Shown: positions 1 through 10,300, numbered from the stretch's first letter. The stretch: 28,539 nucleotides of DNA from a virus (IMGVR_UViG_3300032330_001898:1-28539); one strand, 5' to 3'. Notes: generated from the sequence alone by a model not told the origin. Program-made: numbers and translations.

Positions 1-196
1 TAACAGGCTCAAAATCCTTAAACTTTTCCTGCAAGACTGATACATCGGGAACAGCACGAAACTTATTGTAATAAGACTTCAAGCCGTCCCAAACATCTTT
101 ATGCGATACAAATACATCATCAATATTTTCCGCAAGTACGGTTGAGATATCTTTGTTATTGCATACTGACGAAATTAGGGCTGCTTCACTATTCAT
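1..196 (-). CDS. Probable DnaB-like replicative helicase, N-terminal part (runs off the window edge; not in the ORF track)
   Basis: ATG at 194-196 overlaps the end of the upstream ORF. The frame is open to the edge: MNSEAALISSVCNNKDISTVLAENIDDVFVSHKDVWDGLKSYYNKFRAVPDVSVLQEKFKDFEPV. This resembles the helical N-domain of phage DnaB-like helicases; the P-loop is not in the window. Confidence 0.65.
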   Translation of the reverse strand, partial: MNSEAALISSVCNNKDISTVLAENIDDVFVSHKDVWDGLKSYYNKFRAVPDVSVLQEKFKDFEPV

Positions 197-512
197 TTTC
201 TTCTACCATCTTTTTTGTTTGTTCCAGCAAAAATTTTCTGCGTTCTTTATCTTGTTGTAACTTTACCATATTTTCATCGATCTTGTCAAAATTATAAAAA
301 AACCAAGTTAGTGGATGACCTGGTTTTGCAATTTTAAAGTAGTATTCTAATAGTTCTTTTGACCTATCGTAACCAACGCTGTCGATTACATCTTGCATAG
401 CCCACTTCTCTCTATGCCTATTAATGTGCGGTGCCTTGGAATACTTATCCTGATATAACGCAACATACTTGCTCACCAAAGCATGAGCAAGTTTAGCATC
501 TTCTTTTGTCAT
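189..512 (-). CDS. Hypothetical phage protein (107 aa) preceding the helicase
   Basis: Tightly coupled to both neighbours (TAATG overlap upstream, short overlap downstream); helical, charged sequence. Confidence 0.75.
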   Translation of the reverse strand: MTKEDAKLAHALVSKYVALYQDKYSKAPHINRHREKWAMQDVIDSVGYDRSKELLEYYFKIAKPGHPLTWFFYNFDKIDENMVKLQQDKERRKFLLEQTKKMVEENE

Positions 513-721
513 TATTTCTTGTTACCCTTAAGTTCGGCTTCTACTTCATTTGACTTTTCGATAAGCTTGTTTTCCACAAACTCATATACACGATCTGTTG
601 CATCATTAACGGTTTCACCCTGACGAACAGCATCTTCCACACCGATAGAAATTCTGATACTCTCATAATTACCAAGATTTCTAACAAATTCTAAATTAAC
701 TCTTACGCTTGTATTACTCAT
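512..721 (-). CDS. Hypothetical phage protein (69 aa; RNLGNYES motif)
   Basis: Coupled ORF with a beta-beta-helix pattern (VRVNLEFVRNLGNYESIRISIGVE, then a helix), a type often seen near phage replication genes. Confidence 0.75.
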   Translation of the reverse strand: MSNTSVRVNLEFVRNLGNYESIRISIGVEDAVRQGETVNDATDRVYEFVENKLIEKSNEVEAELKGNKK

Positions 722-926
722 CTTCCACCATATCTCTCAGGAATCCTAGTGAATTCCCCTTTTTACTATCTTTTACATTTGATAGCAATTCATATAGTAA
801 CATAAGTCTATCGGATATAGCAAGCATATTTTCCAAGTCCCCCTTTTTCTTTGCAAGTTTATAAGACTTCTCAAGGACTTCTAGGGATGACTTTAATATT
901 TTTTTGGGTTCATTTTCCAAACTCAT
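714..926 (-). CDS. Hypothetical protein (70 aa)
   Basis: Fills the gap between neighbours with a 3-nt spacer and an 8-nt overlap; helical. Confidence 0.7.
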   Translation of the reverse strand: MSLENEPKKILKSSLEVLEKSYKLAKKKGDLENMLAISDRLMLLYELLSNVKDSKKGNSLGFLRDMVEDE

Positions 927-929
927 GAT

Positions 930-1442
930 TTACCAATCTGGTTGTTTCCAAACAGGGACAAATTCTCCACTGTCATTTTTTGCATAAAGAACTTTTTCAT
1001 TTTTCATAAGGGCTTCTAGTTCTGCCCTAGATGGAATATCACCTGGGGTGATAAGACCATCTTTTCTAGGTCTTCCACGATGAACTGTTTTAAAAAAGTT
1101 TTGCAATTCACGCATATCATCTTCACTAAAATAAACTTTTCCTGGAGTTTTTTTCTCGTCAAGGGAGTAGACTTGCTGGGGCTTTTTAATGTCCCCAGCT
1201 CGCCAATGTCTTTTTATAGTGTCTGTAGATCTTCCAATTAATTTTGCTGCTTGAGTAACAGTATAGGCACTACCCTTATTCTTTATCACATCAGATAAGG
1301 AATAGGCTACCCTTTTACCGTCAACATAATTCCAAGCAATCAGAAGGTCTTCTGCACGATTTCTGTGTAAAGCCTTATGAAGATTACCGTTTAGGTAAAA
1401 ATATGATATTTTGACAATTGTTTTTCTTTTTCTGACAACCAT
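930..1442 (-). CDS. Helix-turn-helix (MerR/excisionase-like) DNA-binding protein with an AT-hook-like motif
   Basis: AYTVTQAAKLIGRSTDTIKRHWRAGDI matches the HTH_17/MerR pattern, followed by a wing (VYFSEDDM) and HRGRPRK. Confidence 0.75.
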   Translation of the reverse strand: MVVRKRKTIVKISYFYLNGNLHKALHRNRAEDLLIAWNYVDGKRVAYSLSDVIKNKGSAYTVTQAAKLIGRSTDTIKRHWRAGDIKKPQQVYSLDEKKTPGKVYFSEDDMRELQNFFKTVHRGRPRKDGLITPGDIPSRAELEALMKNEKVLYAKNDSGEFVPVWKQPDW

Positions 1443-1573
1443 TGACCTAACACACTCTCATCTTTTTTAATCATCCATCTTTTTCCACACATGAAGCAGA
1501 ATAGTTCTACCCTCATTTTTTGAGAAAAAACTCTATCTACAAATACTCTACCTTGACAATTCTTACAAAACAT
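1391..1573 (-). CDS. Small zinc-ribbon protein (60 aa)
   Basis: CKNC...CFMC (two CxxC pairs). Starts immediately after the upstream stop and overlaps the HTH gene by 52 nt. Confidence 0.75.
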   Translation of the reverse strand: MFCKNCQGRVFVDRVFSQKMRVELFCFMCGKRWMIKKDESVLGQWLSEKEKQLSKYHIFT

Positions 1574-1888
1574 TTATCCCTTTTTGGGAATAAGATTAAA
1601 CTTTGTCAGCCATGCATTAAAAGTTGTATTTTGTAAAGCATAAATGTAAACAAGTTGTGATGCTGCGTAGATATAGGTAGAGTGTTTTGCAGCATCTAAC
1701 AGATCCGTTGTTCCGTTCTTTAAGAAGTAAGCACTGGTATATCCAGTAAGCAAACTAAGTACACCAGCAATGGCATTTGAACTCTTTGGTGAAAGGTCTA
1801 CTGTCTTCAACAAAGATGTTAGAAGTGTAACAGCAATACCTAGTGCCAAAAAGGTTAGTGATTCTGTTTGTGAATGTGTTAAATTCAT
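1574..1888 (-). CDS. Small membrane protein, holin-like (104 aa)
   Basis: 2-3 hydrophobic segments (FLALGIAVTLLTSLL; AIAGVLSLLTGYTSAYFL; YIYAASQLVYIYAL), a basic C-terminus, and an AAGGAG Shine-Dalgarno (SD). Confidence 0.55.
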   Translation of the reverse strand: MNLTHSQTESLTFLALGIAVTLLTSLLKTVDLSPKSSNAIAGVLSLLTGYTSAYFLKNGTTDLLDAAKHSTYIYAASQLVYIYALQNTTFNAWLTKFNLIPKKG

Positions 1889-1908
1889 TTTAATCTCCTT
1901 TAGATTAA

Positions 1909-2718
1909 TTAAACGGAAAACTTTTTTCCGTCAACGTAGCAAGTATAGTCGGGCGAAACATGGATTAATTCAATATGTGGATATACACCATTCTCAATAT
2001 GAGCAATTGCAAATGCTTTTTGCCAATTATGATTATTTGTATACATCATGCCCTTAGACTTTTCATCACACATATGACCAATTTCATAGCCCCTGAGTGT
2101 TTCACCCTTACCGCCATTTCGTAACTCGTATGTATTAAAGTATACACCAGCACGATGTGAGTGTCCACGAATAATGGACACCCCAAAATTATCTACATCT
2201 TTACGAACAGATTCACCAGCATTTTGAGAGATAGCGTTTCCATGATGAACATGAATATCGCCAAATCTAAGTTTTGGTGGCTCGTTGTAATAAATGTATT
2301 CGTATCCCAAAGAATCAAGTCCCCAGAGAGATTCTGGAGTTACTACATCAATATGTTCTGGGAGTTTTGCATCAACATAGTCAAAGACCCGAATATCATG
2401 ATTTCCCAAAGCGGAAAACAGTTGAGCATTTTTAGCAATCTTTCTAGTTTTAGTATAAAATTCTTTTGCTAATTTTGCTTCATGTTGCATCAGTGGTACG
2501 ATCTGATCGCCGTTATTATCCTTATACATCTTTAGGAATTCTGCTGAACGACCCTCTGTGTATTTACTATAACAAGCTTGATCATCTGTGTCCCCCAAAT
2601 AATCAACTACGTCTGGCTTGAACCATCGCATAACTTTAAACCATAGTTCAATCATCTTATCATCTTGATAAGGAAACTGCTGATCTGAGGATAACATCCA
2701 TTTAAGATCGTTTGTCAT
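1909..2718 (-). CDS. Calcineurin-like metallophosphoesterase
   Basis: The five metallophosphoesterase motifs occur in order: SDQQ, GDTDD, GNHD, HHG, GHSH. Confidence 0.9.
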   Translation of the reverse strand: MTNDLKWMLSSDQQFPYQDDKMIELWFKVMRWFKPDVVDYLGDTDDQACYSKYTEGRSAEFLKMYKDNNGDQIVPLMQHEAKLAKEFYTKTRKIAKNAQLFSALGNHDIRVFDYVDAKLPEHIDVVTPESLWGLDSLGYEYIYYNEPPKLRFGDIHVHHGNAISQNAGESVRKDVDNFGVSIIRGHSHRAGVYFNTYELRNGGKGETLRGYEIGHMCDEKSKGMMYTNNHNWQKAFAIAHIENGVYPHIELIHVSPDYTCYVDGKKFSV

Positions 2719-2729
2719 TTTATTACTTT

Positions 2730-2987
2730 CTACTTATGAGCTTTGTTGTGTTGCTCTCTGGTACACAAAAATAGATTTTCTATTTTGTTGTCTGTTTTGT
2801 CTTCGTTTATATGATGTATAGTTTCCCATACATCCAGGATTCTGTCAAGGCTTTTTTCCATTACTAGCCTATGTTCGTAATACCAACCCCTAAATGATTT
2901 TGGGTGCTCTGGTATTTTAATCAACACATATCCTTCTTTAGAAATCCTGAAATCTCTTTTTGCCCAAGATTTCAAAATCTTGTACAT
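2730..2987 (-). CDS. Small HNH endonuclease (HNH_3-type)
   Basis: YEHRLVME...IHHINEDKTDNKIENL...H fits the HNH_3 consensus. Confidence 0.85.
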   Translation of the reverse strand: MYKILKSWAKRDFRISKEGYVLIKIPEHPKSFRGWYYEHRLVMEKSLDRILDVWETIHHINEDKTDNKIENLFLCTREQHNKAHK

Positions 2988-3415
2988 TAGTGATAACCAA
3001 TAGCCGTAATGTGAAGTTTTCCTACCACCAAATTTGTAGATGCTGGTGATCCCGCAACAACCTTGATAGTAATTCCCGCACTTGTAGTGGTAAGATTAGT
3101 AATAATTGGAATTACTCCAAAATTTGCATTATCCATTTGTACGGCAAAAGATAGAGTTGGAACCTCATTGAATGTCATGCCGTTAGCAAATGGAACTGTA
3201 TAGCTTGTTGCTGTTGTAGACAAACTAAATGGTAATGTTGTTGTAAAAACAACAAGACCAGAACTAGCTAAGTCACCAATAATTGGTAAACTTTTTACAG
3301 ATGTGTTATCTGCGCTAGAAACAAATAGCTGTCTAAGATTCAATCTTTGAATTTCATTAATTGAATTTTGTAAATTACTAATCATTGATGATGTAATAAC
3401 ATTATTATCTGCCAT
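2987..3415 (-). CDS. Probable small virion/tail-associated beta-sandwich protein (H-type-lectin-like/gp53-like C-terminus)
   Basis: Pattern YTVPF...FNEVPTLSF...ITNLTTTSAGITI...LHITAIG; located at the end of the tail module. Confidence 0.55.
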   Translation of the reverse strand: MADNNVITSSMISNLQNSINEIQRLNLRQLFVSSADNTSVKSLPIIGDLASSGLVVFTTTLPFSLSTTATSYTVPFANGMTFNEVPTLSFAVQMDNANFGVIPIITNLTTTSAGITIKVVAGSPASTNLVVGKLHITAIGYH

Positions 3416-3794
3416 TTAAATGACCGCCTTCTTTTTGAAAATCTGCTTCTCTTTTACTGACAAGCACAATATCGTGCTTTTTGAATCCTAAATCAGATAT
3501 CACATCTGGATCGGCGACAAGCATTTTTTTGTTATCTACAATAAGATAAATCTTGGATGTAGAGACATCTCTAATCAGAGATCCATCTCTAAACCCAATA
3601 ATTCCCGACAACTTAACATCTGACATTGCAGATTCTGTTGTAGTAACTTCACGAAGATTCCATGAAATTCTTGCCCTGTCAGAAATAAACTTAAATCTTT
3701 TATCCCCTTTAATGTAAAAATAACCCTTTTCGGTATGGGCAATCATACCGCTAGGAACACGGGGATTAGAACTAATCCTTTGCCTTTTGAGCAT
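3405..3794 (-). CDS. Hypothetical protein with two internal beta-repeats (129 aa)
   Basis: GMIAHTEKGYFYIKGDKRFKF and GSLIRDVSTSKIYLIVDNKKMLV are similar halves; overlaps both neighbours. Confidence 0.7.
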   Translation of the reverse strand: MLKRQRISSNPRVPSGMIAHTEKGYFYIKGDKRFKFISDRARISWNLREVTTTESAMSDVKLSGIIGFRDGSLIRDVSTSKIYLIVDNKKMLVADPDVISDLGFKKHDIVLVSKREADFQKEGGHLNGR

Positions 3795-3972
3795 TGATTA
3801 ATGCACCCTGAAGTTCTTGAATACGCTGTTCACGAGCTTGAATTTCTTGTGTAGCCTGTGCCTTAAGCACAGCAAGGTTTGTTTCATACTGACTGGTGAT
3901 TTGACCAATTCGGTTTTGTAGTTCTTGAGCTAAAAGCTCTAATGTTGCAGTATCTACTTGTTGTTCTGACAT
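3772..3972 (-). CDS. Small coiled-coil protein (66 aa) downstream of the tail fibre
   Basis: Heptad-rich Q/E/L sequence; strong AAAGGAG SD. Confidence 0.75.
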   Translation of the reverse strand: MSEQQVDTATLELLAQELQNRIGQITSQYETNLAVLKAQATQEIQAREQRIQELQGALINAQKAKD

Positions 3973-4005
3973 TTATGTCTCCTTTGTGTATGTTTACCAA
4001 TTGTA

Positions 4006-5991
4006 CTATTTGTTTTCTAATAATGCAATTCTATTTTCTAATTCTTCAATTTTTTCTTTTTGTCTTCTGACCAGTGGGAATAAAAGTGCAGAAATCTTAG
4101 AATAATCCAAACCTTGGACAGTTCCGTCTTCATTGTAAACAACAACCTCTGGCACACCATTTTCTTCAAATTCTTCAGCAATTAGACCAAAATTAACCTT
4201 GCCCATTCCTGTTTCTGCTACCTGAGTTTTGCTTTCATCGTAAACAAAAGTTACTGGGTTAATATTCAAAATGCTATCTGGAATATCAACAACGGTAATT
4301 TCCTTTTTGAATTTTCTTGATGAGGCATTTACCAGGGTTCCGCTGTAACTAATATCTCCCAAAACCGATAATGCTTCTGATGTTCGTAAAGAATTGTTAA
4401 TTTGAACATATTTTGTTGTCGATGTTGATACATTAAGCATATTGACTCCAGTGCCACTTTGAACAAGTAGTGCTCCCGTACTAGTATAATATGTGGTTAG
4501 GGGAGATCGAACATATCCATTTGTCACAATACTGTCTGTTGAACTATTTCCCAAAGTAACATCTGAGTTGAACGTAGCTTTTTTACTAAATGCTGTAATT
4601 TCTCTAAAGTAATGCGATCCATATGAGTAAAGTGTATTTGTTCCTCCAGAGGTTCCAAGAGATACATTTCCTCTTAACCTAGATACTCCATAAACTGTAG
4701 AATCTCCCTGGACAGAGATTCCTGAAGATAGGGCTAATGATGTTCCAGTCTGTGCTCCAGATAAGTCGAAGGATACAGTTTGCGTTCTTGCTCCTGGAGC
4801 ATCTGAAAAAATAGAAAAGGCTGGACTTGATGAATTCGTAGATAGGGTTAATGCTCCTCCAGGTGCCGAATATCCTGTGGGGGTTGTTCCACTTTCTAGC
4901 TGCAACTTATCCCATTCTATAGAAAAAGTATTAGATGGCACAGAATAACTAGACACATATGACCATCCTAAAGTTTTTTGTTCAACTAAAGAAAATCTAA
5001 AATAATCTGTTGTGCTTGCAGACACTGATGCAGAAATTCTTGTCCAAGAAGATGTTGAGGAAATTGAAGTTAGTGCGGATGATGCTGTGCCCAATAGCGT
5101 TCCACCAGTTGAAGCACTATACCTTTCAATTTTTAAAATTACGCTTGATGATCCAAAAGTATTATATTCATTTAGCTTGCAATATGCGGAAAGAACATAA
5201 TTACCATTGCTCACAATATTTAAATCTGCAGCACTAAATCTTACTAATGCTGAAGCACTTTTATACATTAATGCTACTGGATTAACAATTGATCCAGATT
5301 GTGTATATTCATAAATATAAAATCCAAAAGAATATGGATCTTGGTAGCCACCATCACTTTGAATAATCTCAATAGAATTAGATGGATCTGTTATGCTTGT
5401 GTAAGATGCTGTCCAGTAATTGGACCAACTTCCTATTTCGGCACTGGGGTCAAAGATGGACAATAGGTTTGTGGACAACTTTCCAGAAGAAATAGATGTT
5501 GATCCAATAGTCCATCCACCTACTTGTCCCGCACCCGCATAAATAGTGCCTCTAAAATAAGCATTTCCATCAGCAGTATTTAAAAAGAACTGGGCTTGTC
5601 CAGACGATGTTGTACTAAATTGATAACCAAGAATACCAGTGCTATTTATAATTACCGCACCCGTACTTGCAGTACCCGTCAAACTTGAAATTGCACTTGC
5701 GGTACCGTTCCACAATTCTGATAACTGAGCTTTGCCCGCATAAGATATTCCATTTGCGTCAAGACCTCCAGCGGTCAATGCACCACCAGTTACGCTTGAT
5801 GAACTTCTTGCCAATGCTGTAACAACTGTGTTATTGGTTGATGTTAGTTGTGTTCCATCTGCCTTGGTAGCGGGAACGGTAAAAGAATAATTAAAAGAAT
5901 ATTGTGAGTAATTGCCGTCTTCGTCTACTGCTCTTACCTTAACAACATATGTTTTTCCTGGCTTTAATTTTGTTAAATTAAGACTAGCCAT
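4006..5991 (-). CDS. Tail fibre/receptor-binding protein: FN3-like N-terminus, central CBM-like domain, C-terminal peptidase S74-type intramolecular chaperone
   Basis: LKPGKTYVVKVRAVD...YS (FN3); YVLSAYCK...WTRIS...DKLQLESGTTPTGY (CBM-like); SSRKFKKEI...NPVTFVY...FGLIAEE...GLDYSKI plus a terminal coiled coil (S74). Confidence 0.85.
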   Translation of the reverse strand: MASLNLTKLKPGKTYVVKVRAVDEDGNYSQYSFNYSFTVPATKADGTQLTSTNNTVVTALARSSSSVTGGALTAGGLDANGISYAGKAQLSELWNGTASAISSLTGTASTGAVIINSTGILGYQFSTTSSGQAQFFLNTADGNAYFRGTIYAGAGQVGGWTIGSTSISSGKLSTNLLSIFDPSAEIGSWSNYWTASYTSITDPSNSIEIIQSDGGYQDPYSFGFYIYEYTQSGSIVNPVALMYKSASALVRFSAADLNIVSNGNYVLSAYCKLNEYNTFGSSSVILKIERYSASTGGTLLGTASSALTSISSTSSWTRISASVSASTTDYFRFSLVEQKTLGWSYVSSYSVPSNTFSIEWDKLQLESGTTPTGYSAPGGALTLSTNSSSPAFSIFSDAPGARTQTVSFDLSGAQTGTSLALSSGISVQGDSTVYGVSRLRGNVSLGTSGGTNTLYSYGSHYFREITAFSKKATFNSDVTLGNSSTDSIVTNGYVRSPLTTYYTSTGALLVQSGTGVNMLNVSTSTTKYVQINNSLRTSEALSVLGDISYSGTLVNASSRKFKKEITVVDIPDSILNINPVTFVYDESKTQVAETGMGKVNFGLIAEEFEENGVPEVVVYNEDGTVQGLDYSKISALLFPLVRRQKEKIEELENRIALLENK

Positions 5992-6911
5992 TATGTCACC
6001 GTCAAATAGTATTCAATATCTACTGGCTGACCCGCCGTTTTTGTCATAATTGCACTACTAGAAGATTTTCTACTAACAAGTTTTAATTCTGGAGGTAATG
6101 TTGCGCCAGACATAAATTTAAGAGCATCGTACTGAATTGATCCAGTTCCACCAACTAAACTTAATTTTATCTTATTTAGATTATAGGTAAATCCAGATGT
6201 TGGGGCGTTTGGCATTGTTAATGATGCTGTGTAGTATCCAGAAGCTGTAGTTGGTAAAACAACTGTTTGGGAGGTCCAAGTATTACTTGCTGAATCTGAA
6301 AGTGTAATTGTAAGTGATGGGCTTGTTCCAGATGCAGTTACAGCATAGAGAAGTTGAAGAAAATCGCTAGTATTAAATGTAGACAAATTTTGATAAAAAT
6401 TGTACTTTACTGTTACACTAGTATTTGATGCAGAAACATTATATTTGCCTACACGAGAACTAGCACTACTATAGGTAGCACTAGCCATTGTTGCTTCCGA
6501 TGCTCCAGTTTGCCATAGTCCCATTGGATCTTGCTCGGAAAAATTAGTTAGGAGTGTATTGTCCTTATAGGAACCAACAACATGACTTAGTGGTAAAATT
6601 CCGACCTCATATATTTTTGCAACCACACTTGGATCCAGTGTTGCTTTCATTGCTATTTGATTAACACTTCCAGTAGTTGTGTATGATTTTAATGTAACGG
6701 GTGTCCTATAAACTTCATATCCAAGCCTTGTATCAGTAGATGCTGACGTAGTACCTAGTGCACCAATTGCAAGAGTTCCAGCCCAATCTACAGAAGAGTT
6801 TGCCAGATATTTATTTATCATCAATAGTCCGTTTGCAGTAATAATATTTTCACCCTCAAATAAAATTTCGCCGTTTGAACTAAAAACGTACTTACCTTTT
6901 ATACTCATCAA
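5991..6911 (-). CDS. Minor tail/baseplate protein (306 aa)
   Basis: ENIITANG...LAIG...TDTRLGYEVYRTPV...IYEVGI and a C-terminal K...DIEYYL, typical of tail collar/baseplate-attachment proteins; position in the tail module. Confidence 0.7.
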   Translation of the reverse strand: MMSIKGKYVFSSNGEILFEGENIITANGLLMINKYLANSSVDWAGTLAIGALGTTSASTDTRLGYEVYRTPVTLKSYTTTGSVNQIAMKATLDPSVVAKIYEVGILPLSHVVGSYKDNTLLTNFSEQDPMGLWQTGASEATMASATYSSASSRVGKYNVSASNTSVTVKYNFYQNLSTFNTSDFLQLLYAVTASGTSPSLTITLSDSASNTWTSQTVVLPTTASGYYTASLTMPNAPTSGFTYNLNKIKLSLVGGTGSIQYDALKFMSGATLPPELKLVSRKSSSSAIMTKTAGQPVDIEYYLTVT

Positions 6912-7348
6912 TTCACCGCACCAATAATATATTCATAATTTGATGCCCCAGGAACATCGTCAAAGGTTAGGGTTGCCAAATAACTTATTGTTCCATCCGA
7001 ACTAGATGAAGTTTCATCTTCAATAATAAAACTATCGGAGGACACTGATAAATTTTCTGGAGTATCTAGAATAGCCTGACCTGCCATAACAAGATTGTTT
7101 GGAGTTGCAGTATATGCGTCATATTCTGGACTTAATCCTTCTTGATAAAATGTACTTTCTGTCGCAAGATCCTCATCTACAGGTTGGTTTGGTAAGCTTT
7201 CTTCATCAACAACTACTGTATCTGGATATAACAAAAGGTATAAGGCATTGTTTCTTGGGTCGGTAGTAGTAATAATATTTCTTGCTCCCCGTGAAATAGA
7301 ATTGGGATTGGTGTATCTTGTAGAAATATCACTTGGGCGTTCTATCAT
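6908..7348 (-). CDS. Acidic minor tail-module protein (146 aa), FN3-like C-terminal strands
   Basis: GGAGG SD; TPENL...ATLTFDDVPGASNYEYII; position in the tail module. Confidence 0.65.
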   Translation of the reverse strand: MIERPSDISTRYTNPNSISRGARNIITTTDPRNNALYLLLYPDTVVVDEESLPNQPVDEDLATESTFYQEGLSPEYDAYTATPNNLVMAGQAILDTPENLSVSSDSFIIEDETSSSSDGTISYLATLTFDDVPGASNYEYIIGAVN

Positions 7349-7372
7349 ATCTTTTGTTCCTCCATTTTATAC

Positions 7373-7381
7373 ATTATACCA
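7373..7381 (-). promoter_or_regulatory. Extended -10 promoter TGGTATAAT
   Basis: Exact TGnTATAAT in a 34-nt intergenic gap, upstream of the GGAGG SD and the ATG at 7348; the same 9-mer occurs at 23800 and 28060. Confidence 0.7.
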
Positions 7382-7382
7382 T

Positions 7383-10300
7383 TTATGAGATTATCATCGG
7401 TTTGAATGTTAATTCTGTAGAGTCTAACCCCCCACTATAAGTGCTTTTTACTGAAGTAATTAGTCCAACTAATGGTGTTATTGACGAATCTGACGGGTCA
7501 GAGCCGAGCCTTTTTAAATTATATGTGATTTGACCAAAATCTCCAGCTTGAATAAGTGGGTTTCCAAAAACTCTAATGCTATAATCTATATTAAATCCAG
7601 AATTTGCACGAATGATATTTGATAATGTTTTTTCTACCTGATTAATATCTCTTGCCCAATCCATAGTAAGCGATATGGTATTGTTTGTATAATTACTATC
7701 TATTACCCTAGTTAATGTTTTTTGCTCTGAAAGATACATATTGTTTGCAAGCAAATTAAGAGACGTTGAGATATCTCCAGATTGTGAATCACCCGTGTTC
7801 AGGATGACAAGCCCTTGACCAATTGGTCCATCATGGGCTAAGACAAATTTTTGCTGGAATGCCGAACCCTTTGGAGTTGAATATGATATATCAGTTTTTT
7901 TAACTGGTTGCAAAGTAGTCCAATCAGATCCTGGGTTATTATATGCAATTTTTTGAATAGTTACAGTTTTTGGTGCTTGAGTAAATATAGGAGCACTCTC
8001 AAGCTTAACATCATAAAAATTAATTCCTCTTGCTAAAGGTGGACTAGCATATTGAAAATATGAATATGGTTCATGAACTTTTTCAACTAAGCTATTTAAA
8101 TAACGCATTGATGTAAAATGCCTATTTACGTTGTGATCCAAATCTTTTTCTTTGTAATTGGCTGCATACAATTCATAAATCAATAATGTCTGTGCAGAAC
8201 TTTCTAAAGGTCTAATATAAGCACCAAAAGAAAGTTTTTGTGCTGGGGTGAAAGTTTCATTTGCTCCAGCCAAGTCATATTTTTTGGTATATCCATCTAT
8301 TGAAACAACGATGTATTTACCATGAAAGAAAACATTAAAACTATGTGGATCCCCGTCAAACAAGTTTGGACTATAAGCGTTGTGTCCGTAAAATTTAGAA
8401 AAATCAATCTTTTCATCAATTAACAGTTTGCTAGGACTTGAAAGTTTGTAAGCAACAATCTTATTTGTTGTATCTCCCGAACCAGTAATTTGTTGAATTT
8501 CTATACACAAAGCACCAGTTTGAGTTACTCCTGCTGCACTTGCTGTATTAAAAATCATTCCAAATGCTGAATCATTAGGTCTTAACTCTTTTTTCTTTTT
8601 ATATTTTGTTTTTTGATGTTGGGTTAACTTGCTATAGGCAGATACAGAAATTTGTTCCTGAGTGGTTGTATTGATATAGCCAGTCACATTATTTCCACCG
8701 CCCTCATCCACTGCAAAATTTAAAGAAAAGAAATCAAAGTCTGATTGTTTTTTTGTTTTTACTTGAGCAATAGATAAAGAATTTGTATAACTTGTAGAAA
8801 TTTTTAATATTCCCTGTGGGGCTTCTTTATGCTTACCAATAGATTGAGTAGCCTTGTAAACCTTTATATTATTTAATACCGAATTTCCTGGCATTGCTGA
8901 AAAAAATCTAAAAGGGGTTTCAGCGGTAACTGTTGGAACAATGTGAGATTCTGGAGTTGTTCCATATTTTCCCCTTACCACATTCATTAACTTTCCAGTT
9001 GGCTGAAATTGTACAGATGATGTGCTTCCAAAAGATGCACTTGTATTGTATATTTGAAAATCTGAAATAGCCGAATCCAAGTCGGAAAGATCATAAATTG
9101 TTTTTGTGACAGAATTAGCTTTGTTTGCAGAATCAACGATCACATATTCAATTCCAGAATACCCAACAATTTCAGATCCTATTATTAAGTCACCAGACAT
9201 TTTTGCTGGCGTTCTTCTAGAACCTACAAAAGAACCCTCGTTTACAATTTTAGTGGTAATAGTCTTATCTGCATTCTTAACAGTTGTAATTGAACCAATT
9301 GGAACTGAAAGAGAGTCATCTGTACTTAAAACTGACTTATTAAGAAAGAATTGAGATAACCCATCAGATTCTTTCATTTTCCACACAGAATGTGGGGCAT
9401 CTACCGTATTTACCTTTGGTTTAATTAAAGATGTTGCTGTATTTTTCTTATCCACATTACTTCTGAATGTAAGCGGTGTTTTGTAGTTAACAACAATTGA
9501 TCCAATTTTTTGACTAATATTCTCTGAAAAGCTATCTGGAATAATGTTAGCAATATAGTTAGAGCTTGAAGATCCTATACCTGTTACTAAATGATCCGTA
9601 ATAGCAAAATCTGCAGCAAAATTTTTAGACCCAAACTTATTAAAAACTTGAGAAATACTGTCAAACCTAAGTATTCCATACTCATCTATTGATGCAGCAA
9701 TTTGATTGGGCAACAAAAACTCTTGCAAGTTTGTAAATACTGTTTTTTGCTCATCTGTCCAAAATCCAGAAACTTTTGCATTAATTTCTGGCAATTGATA
9801 AAGACCATTGTAGTCATAATCACTGAACCCAGAATAATCCAGAAGCTCTTTGATTACGCTAACAACATCTGTGTCATATGCAAAATAATGCATAGAGTCC
9901 GATCCCATCATAAATAGCTTACTAATGTCATATAGTTCAACGGAAACTGAGTCTAGGTCCGAAATAGTCCATGAGTCGGAATACATTACGAAGAGCGGTA
10001 TTGTTTCTTTGAGATTTGTTTCATATGATGATGGCTCAAGTAGGGCGGTAAACTTTACTCCCTGCCTCATCAAATTGTAGAATGCAGACTTTTTTGAACT
10101 GTTTTCGAATGTTGTTGCTCCAAAGTTATCACTTCTATATGAAGGAATGTTTGAAAAATCAATTGTGCCAGAATTTGCGCTAATGTATGAGAATGGCAAA
10201 CCGCTTGATTGCGTACTAACTAAATCTTTTTTACAACTAACCTGTGTTACATAATTACTTAAATCTAATTCTAATCTAGGAGACAATTCAATTACTCTTA

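Noticed and set aside
1574-1888. Complete lysis cassette
   Set aside because: No endolysin is recognisable nearby, so the holin call stays tentative.
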